This document shows positions 59,131 through 64,000 of a stretch of 64,000 bases of DNA, in pieces. Location: contig NC_058368.1 in assembly GCF_018350175.1 (NCBI RefSeq), positions 237,772,001-237,836,000 of the forward strand, in the 5' to 3' direction. The stretch comes from Felis catus (lineage: Eukaryota). How positions within the stretch are numbered: position 1 is the stretch's first letter; every line of letters begins with the position of its first letter. Under the pieces are notes generated by a model that was not told the origin of the DNA, ran no database searches, and saw nothing but the letters and a program-made list of their open reading frames with translations. The translations under genes and the position numbers were made by a program.

Positions 59131-61193
59131 GGCGGGCTGGGGGTCCACCGGGAACTGAGCTCGATGTGTAGAGTTTTTGATCCTGTACCCAGAAAGGATG
59201 TTCACACTCGTGATAACTTTATCCTTGAGATCACCGGAATGCTAAGGGTTTACCTCCGGAGAAACCGCTGGGCCTCATGTCGTTTCTGGGTGAGTAATCC
59301 CCCCACTGTTATAACCCACCGGGTGTTGAACTCTGGAATCAAAGTCAGTTGATGAAATTTGCTAGAAGCTGAATACAAATTATTGCACACAGAGGCATAC
59401 TCTCCGTGGACTCGGTGGCCCAGTTTCTTAATTTACTGACACAGTCACATTAACTAGTCTCTGAGATTGGTTTGATTCTTTGGAGATTTTTTCCTGATTC
59501 CATCGGTGGCTGTGGGTGGCAGGGATTCGGGTCTCTGTTTCCAGATTTTGGGGGTAATTCCAGCGTAGGAATGTGAAATGAGGAGTTCAGAATGAGCTCC
59601 TGGGTGGGAAAAATGGAAAGGAACATTTTCTTTGGCAGCAGTGGAGGTTAAACGGAGTCAGGGCTGTGGCACTGTTCTCAAAAGAACGTCCATTCCTGGT
59701 TCAGGCCTGGCCACCGCAGGGGCAGGTGTGGGGCTCTGTGTGGGAACGCGTGGGTGCAGGAGCAGGGCACAGACACAGGCACACGGCCACACAGCAGGTG
59801 CCTCTGCCAGGGACGCCGAGCCAGCCTGGCCCTCGCATCTGCAGCAGAAGGAGAGGGAACCCGGGGCCCCGTGGCGGGCAGAGTAAGCTGTTGACATCAC
59901 GATCTGTGCCGCTGGGGGACAGTCAGCGGATGCGGGGGCGGCTCTGGTTCTCATCCGGCGAGGGGAGCCGAAATCAGCGCCCCCGGTGACAACACAGACC
60001 AGCGCTCGGAACAGATGGCCGGACGCCTGCTCAGTTCTGTTTCTGGGGCTGTTTACATTCTTAAGTGACTGACTGTGACACGTCGTCCCAGTGGTGACGT
60101 TCTCCGCTGTGGCCTGGGAAACCGCGTGCCCCTACCCGGGATGCCCGGGTGGGCTTCGAACCCTACAAGCTGCCGGGAAAACGGCCCGGGCTTGGATGAC
60201 GGGCGCTTCCCCCCGGATCGGCTGTGTGGGGAAACCACCCTGTGCCCGGCAACAGAAATGTTCCATCACGCCCGGGAGTCAAGGTGCTCACATTTTCTCC
60301 TTCACCACCAGGCCCGTGCCACTGATCTGCAAACATTTGCAACAGCAGGAGGTAAACCGGGAAGCACGCGGTCCAGAGCAAGCCGCGTCTTGCTGTCACC
60401 GGAGAGTCCGGAAGGATAGGGCTCCGTCCAGGTGGGGCCCTGGTGTTGGCCCTCACTTCTGAGGCGGAAGACTGAGCCCCGCCGGGCGGTGACCGGCGAC
60501 CGACAGCCTCACGGGGTCTCCAACTTCTGTGGGCAGACACCCCACCCCGTCTGTGGGGCTGGACGCAGCGGAGGACACAGCCAGAACACGCGAGCAGGCC
60601 CCCAGAGCAGGCCGCAGAGGACACAGCGATCCACCATGAACTGTTAGCGCGGGCCTCAGCCCAGGACGGTTCCAGGCAAAACCTCCCGTCGCCTCTCGGG
60701 GTTCTCGGGGCCGTTTGTGTCCTGTGATACAGCGGCCTGTAAAGCAAACAAAACAGCCCAAACCAGGCCATGCAGTTCACCTTCCGACCTGGGTCAGACC
60801 CCATCTAAACCATACATCGTGCAGCTGATACCCATGCGGTAGGCGTGTTGTGCGGACACGAGGGAGGCCGCGGTCCCTCACCGTCGTCACCATCGCCAAA
60901 TCTGCCCTCACGTTCCAGCTAAGTTCCAGTTCAGAGACAAGGGGCAGAAAATCTCAAAACAGCCTAGAAATCAGTCTTTTTCAGGTCGAATGTGAGCCAG
61001 TATTCTAGATTTGCTCCCATTAACATCAGAGCCTGTATATTCACGTACGTATGTCTGTGTACACGTGTTAAAATGCACAGACAGTTGACATTCACATATG
61101 TTCAGACCATTCCTAACTATCTAGTTCCTTATGAGGCCTAACACTTCATTAGACTGAGTATTGCCGCTCTGCTGTATTCGGAGTATTCATTTT

Positions 61194-61424
61194 GTTTTGT
61201 TTTGTTTTATTTTTAATTTTTTTAATGTTTATTTAGTTTTGAGAAAGAGAGACAAAGCATGAGCAGGGGAGGGGCAGAGAGAGAGGACGACACAGAAGCC
61301 GAAGCAGGCTCCAGGCTCCGAGCTGTCAGCACGGAGCCCGACGCGGGCCTCGAACTCATGAGCTGCGCGATCGTGACCTGAGCCGAAGTCGGACGCTTAA
61401 CCGACTGAGCCACCCGGGTGCCCC
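61194..61424 (-). mobile_element. SINEC_Fc-type CAN-SINE with 13-bp TSD
   Basis: TSD GAGTATTCATTTT at 61181-61193 and 61429-61441, followed by AA (TTTT/AA L1-EN site). Confidence 0.97.
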
Positions 61425-62347
61425 CACAGAGTATTCATTTTAAAGGTCAGTAATTCAACCACTTCTATGACGTGGTGACATACACCTGTTTTGCACCTCA
61501 CCTGAGACCTTTATTTCCTCACCTGCAGGCCGGGAACCGTGCTTGGTCCTTCTGTGGCTGCACCAGAAAGCAAGACGCCATCCCTGGTCTGAAGGAACTC
61601 AGTAAAGTAGAATGTGCATTAATACAACGCGTCGGAGAGCAGAGCCTCTGTGAACGTTGGGGCACTTGGGGCCGTCAGAGGCTCGCTTCCGTGTAAGGTG
61701 GACGAGCGGCTGCCTGATGGCAAAGAAAACCCGGATGTAGCCCAGCCCAGCCAAAACGTTCACATGCTGTGAGCCAAAATCCAGGCACCGTTTGAACAGG
61801 TGAGTCTGGCAGAATGTATAATTGAGCCATTTCTCAAATGTAAAACTCACGTCCTAAAATACACAGGACACAGTGATGACAGGGTCCTTCCAGCCTCTTC
61901 AAGAGTCGGTGCCTGTGGGGACAGACGTTTCTCCCAGTAAAAGGGGCTGGGTCAGAACAGCACACTCGTATCTTGGGCAAATTCTGAACGCACATTTCTT
62001 AGTGTCCACATATCCCCCGATGCTGAGCTGAGATCAATGTGAAAAAAATATTTCTTGGTAAATGTGCACTTATGACCCAAAGCTCATGGGAAAAGCCAAT
62101 CACAAGCGCTGGGAAACCAAGGCCCGTGCAGACTCGGAGGGTTTTAGTCTCAAAGCGCCTGTATCTCCGAGTTGAAGGTAGCGAGTTGAAGCCATTAGGC
62201 GAATCCGTGAGCGTTCCTCTTTGTGTCCTAACTTTGCCAACACCGGCCCACACCGTCAGGGCAGGAGCACCTGAGGGCGTCCCTGAGAGCGGGGCACAGA
62301 CCCGGCTCGCGGGACCTTCGCCATACGCGTTTGGTGAATTCGTCGTA

Positions 62348-62705
62348 ACTGATGTCTAGTTCACCGCAATATTAGATTAGTTCCGGGTGCACAGCATCGC
62401 GATTCCACGTTTAGAGCCTTTGGGAAGTGATCGCCCTGGGGAGTCTAGTCCCATCCAGCACCACACAGAGTCACTGCAGTGTCACTGGCTATGCCCCTTA
62501 TGCTGCGCTTTTCGTCCTCGTGACCTGGTTGCTTTGTAGCCACAGAGTTTGTGTCCCTGAACGCCCTTGACCGCGTCCATTCATCCCCCGACCCCTCCCC
62601 CTTCTGGCAACCACAGTCCACACAGGAGTGAGATCACACGTATCGGCTTTTCTCTACCTGACTTGCTTCGCTGCGAACGTGCCCTGTACGTCCATCCGTG
62701 CTGTA
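62348..62705 (-). mobile_element. L1_Carn/L1MA9-like 3' UTR remnant
   Basis: caatattagattagttccgggtgcacagcat...ccccttctggcaaccac...gtgagatcacacgtat...ctgacttgcttcgct. Confidence 0.75.
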
Positions 62706-64000
62706 TCTGGTGGGTGTTTGAGAGATTCTGGAAGGCTTGCTGACCCCCCATCCCCACCTCGTTGCAGGCGAGGACCAGAGAAGGGAACGCCTGAGGGCCC
62801 CGAGCTGGGGGGAGCGTTGGCAAAGGGGTCCTGGGAACGACATCATGGCTCTTCTGGAAGGTAGCTGTACTTATGGTCTCAAAGCATTGAGTCAGAATTC
62901 CTTATCTTCCTAGCAGTGTGTTGGTGCCCTCCATCGAGGATGGCTTAGCTGCAGCCAGCTGAGAGAGTATGAGCCCCCGATCGCCTGTAACGTCACAGCC
63001 ACAATGTGGAACAGGTGCCTGAAGACGTCCACGCCCCGCATGCGACCAAGGTTCCGCCTGTGATTCCATCCAGCCCGCCAGGGAAAATACTGAGTTTCAG
63101 AAAGTGTATGGAAGTCAAGGGGTCACAGGAGCACAGGTGGGAGCCCCCGATCTAGGTCAATGGTGTAAAAGAGAAACAGGAGAGGTCGGCGGCGAGGGCA
63201 GCAAACGTGGCCGAGGCGTCCGCAGGGCGCGGGAGCAGCAGACCCTGCGTGCGTTTGCCCCGGGCAAGCATGTCGGGACCCACTTGGCAGCTGGCGGGTG
63301 CCCGGAGGAGCAGGAGCCCCACGCTTGCGGGTGAGGAGGCCCGCGAGGGACAGCAGGTGCGAGACCACGGGTCGGGACACCACGGAGGGGACGTGGAGCG
63401 GTGCCGGCAGAGTGTGAACCCAGCCGGGACGCCTGCCGTTGGCCCAGATGCTGCAGGGCATCTCGGCAGGAGGTTGGGAAGTCACCGAGAACGAGTTAAA
63501 TGAGCCTTTGCGCTTTCAGAGCACGGGTGTGTGGCTCGTGGGGCCAGCTGCAGGGGCCCGTGAGGACGTGGATGTGGACAGTGACTAAGCATGAGGGCGT
63601 ATTTGGGCTTATTTCCCGACAGGCCCCTGCAGAAGGCCTCCTTGCAGGGTGGCTTCTGGGCAGTTCTCCCGGCACAGGCACCTGGCAGGGGGCAGGTACC
63701 CCACGAGGTGGACTGAACCGACGAGAGATAGGCTGGGGCTGCACGTGCAGAGTTTGGCATGAAATTCAGCCAGGGCAACTGCCTCCTGGAGAAGCAAAGC
63801 CACACAGGGCGGGACGCGGCCAGAGGGAGAAGGGGACATCTCGGGATTCCTCACTTAGGTCTCGTCGGAGGAGAGAGGCTTCCGGGAGCCCGGCTTCGGA
63901 GTTCCGCAGGGCTTCTTAGGACGGGATGAAAAGCACGGAGGACAGACTCCGAGAGCCCGGTTCCTGCCTCTGCCATGTGAGTGTTTACTCTGCGTTCACA

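Noticed and set aside
1..64000. Assignment to a specific gene locus or species
   Set aside because: No exon or diagnostic sequence recognised; only feliform/felid origin is supported, by SINE and L1 types.

Overview
Mammalian, not prokaryotic, genomic DNA from a feliform carnivore, most likely a felid. It carries 13 SINEC_Fc-type CAN-SINEs, one short tRNA-Lys-like carnivore SINE and felid-type L1 3' ends. The window is GC- and CpG-rich, as in distal/subtelomeric isochores. I found no recognisable host protein-coding exon or structural RNA gene; the only ORF-track peptides I recognise are L1 ORF2 fragments. It reads as gene desert or a very large intron. Main content: (i) layered transposon fossils (SINEC, young and old L1, MLT1 LTRs, an ERV-type solo LTR, L2, MIR, MER3/MER5), including a 5'-inverted twin-primed L1 and an L1>LTR>SINE nest; (ii) tandem repeats, including a 15-unit minisatellite with 11 perfect ETS/GABPA motifs, a ~400-bp pyrimidine tract, an ~800-bp purine tract and a higher-order GATA repeat; (iii) several non-repetitive AT-rich islands rich in homeodomain, PBX, SOX, FOX and GATA motifs that resemble conserved developmental enhancers; (iv) one unexplained 392-codon ATG ORF. 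I cannot support a genuinely new biological system from sequence alone. The ETS-motif minisatellite, the enhancer-like islands and the long ORF are the best leads. Repeat family names come from my recollection of consensus sequences and need RepeatMasker/Dfam confirmation; boundaries of old repeats are approximate.
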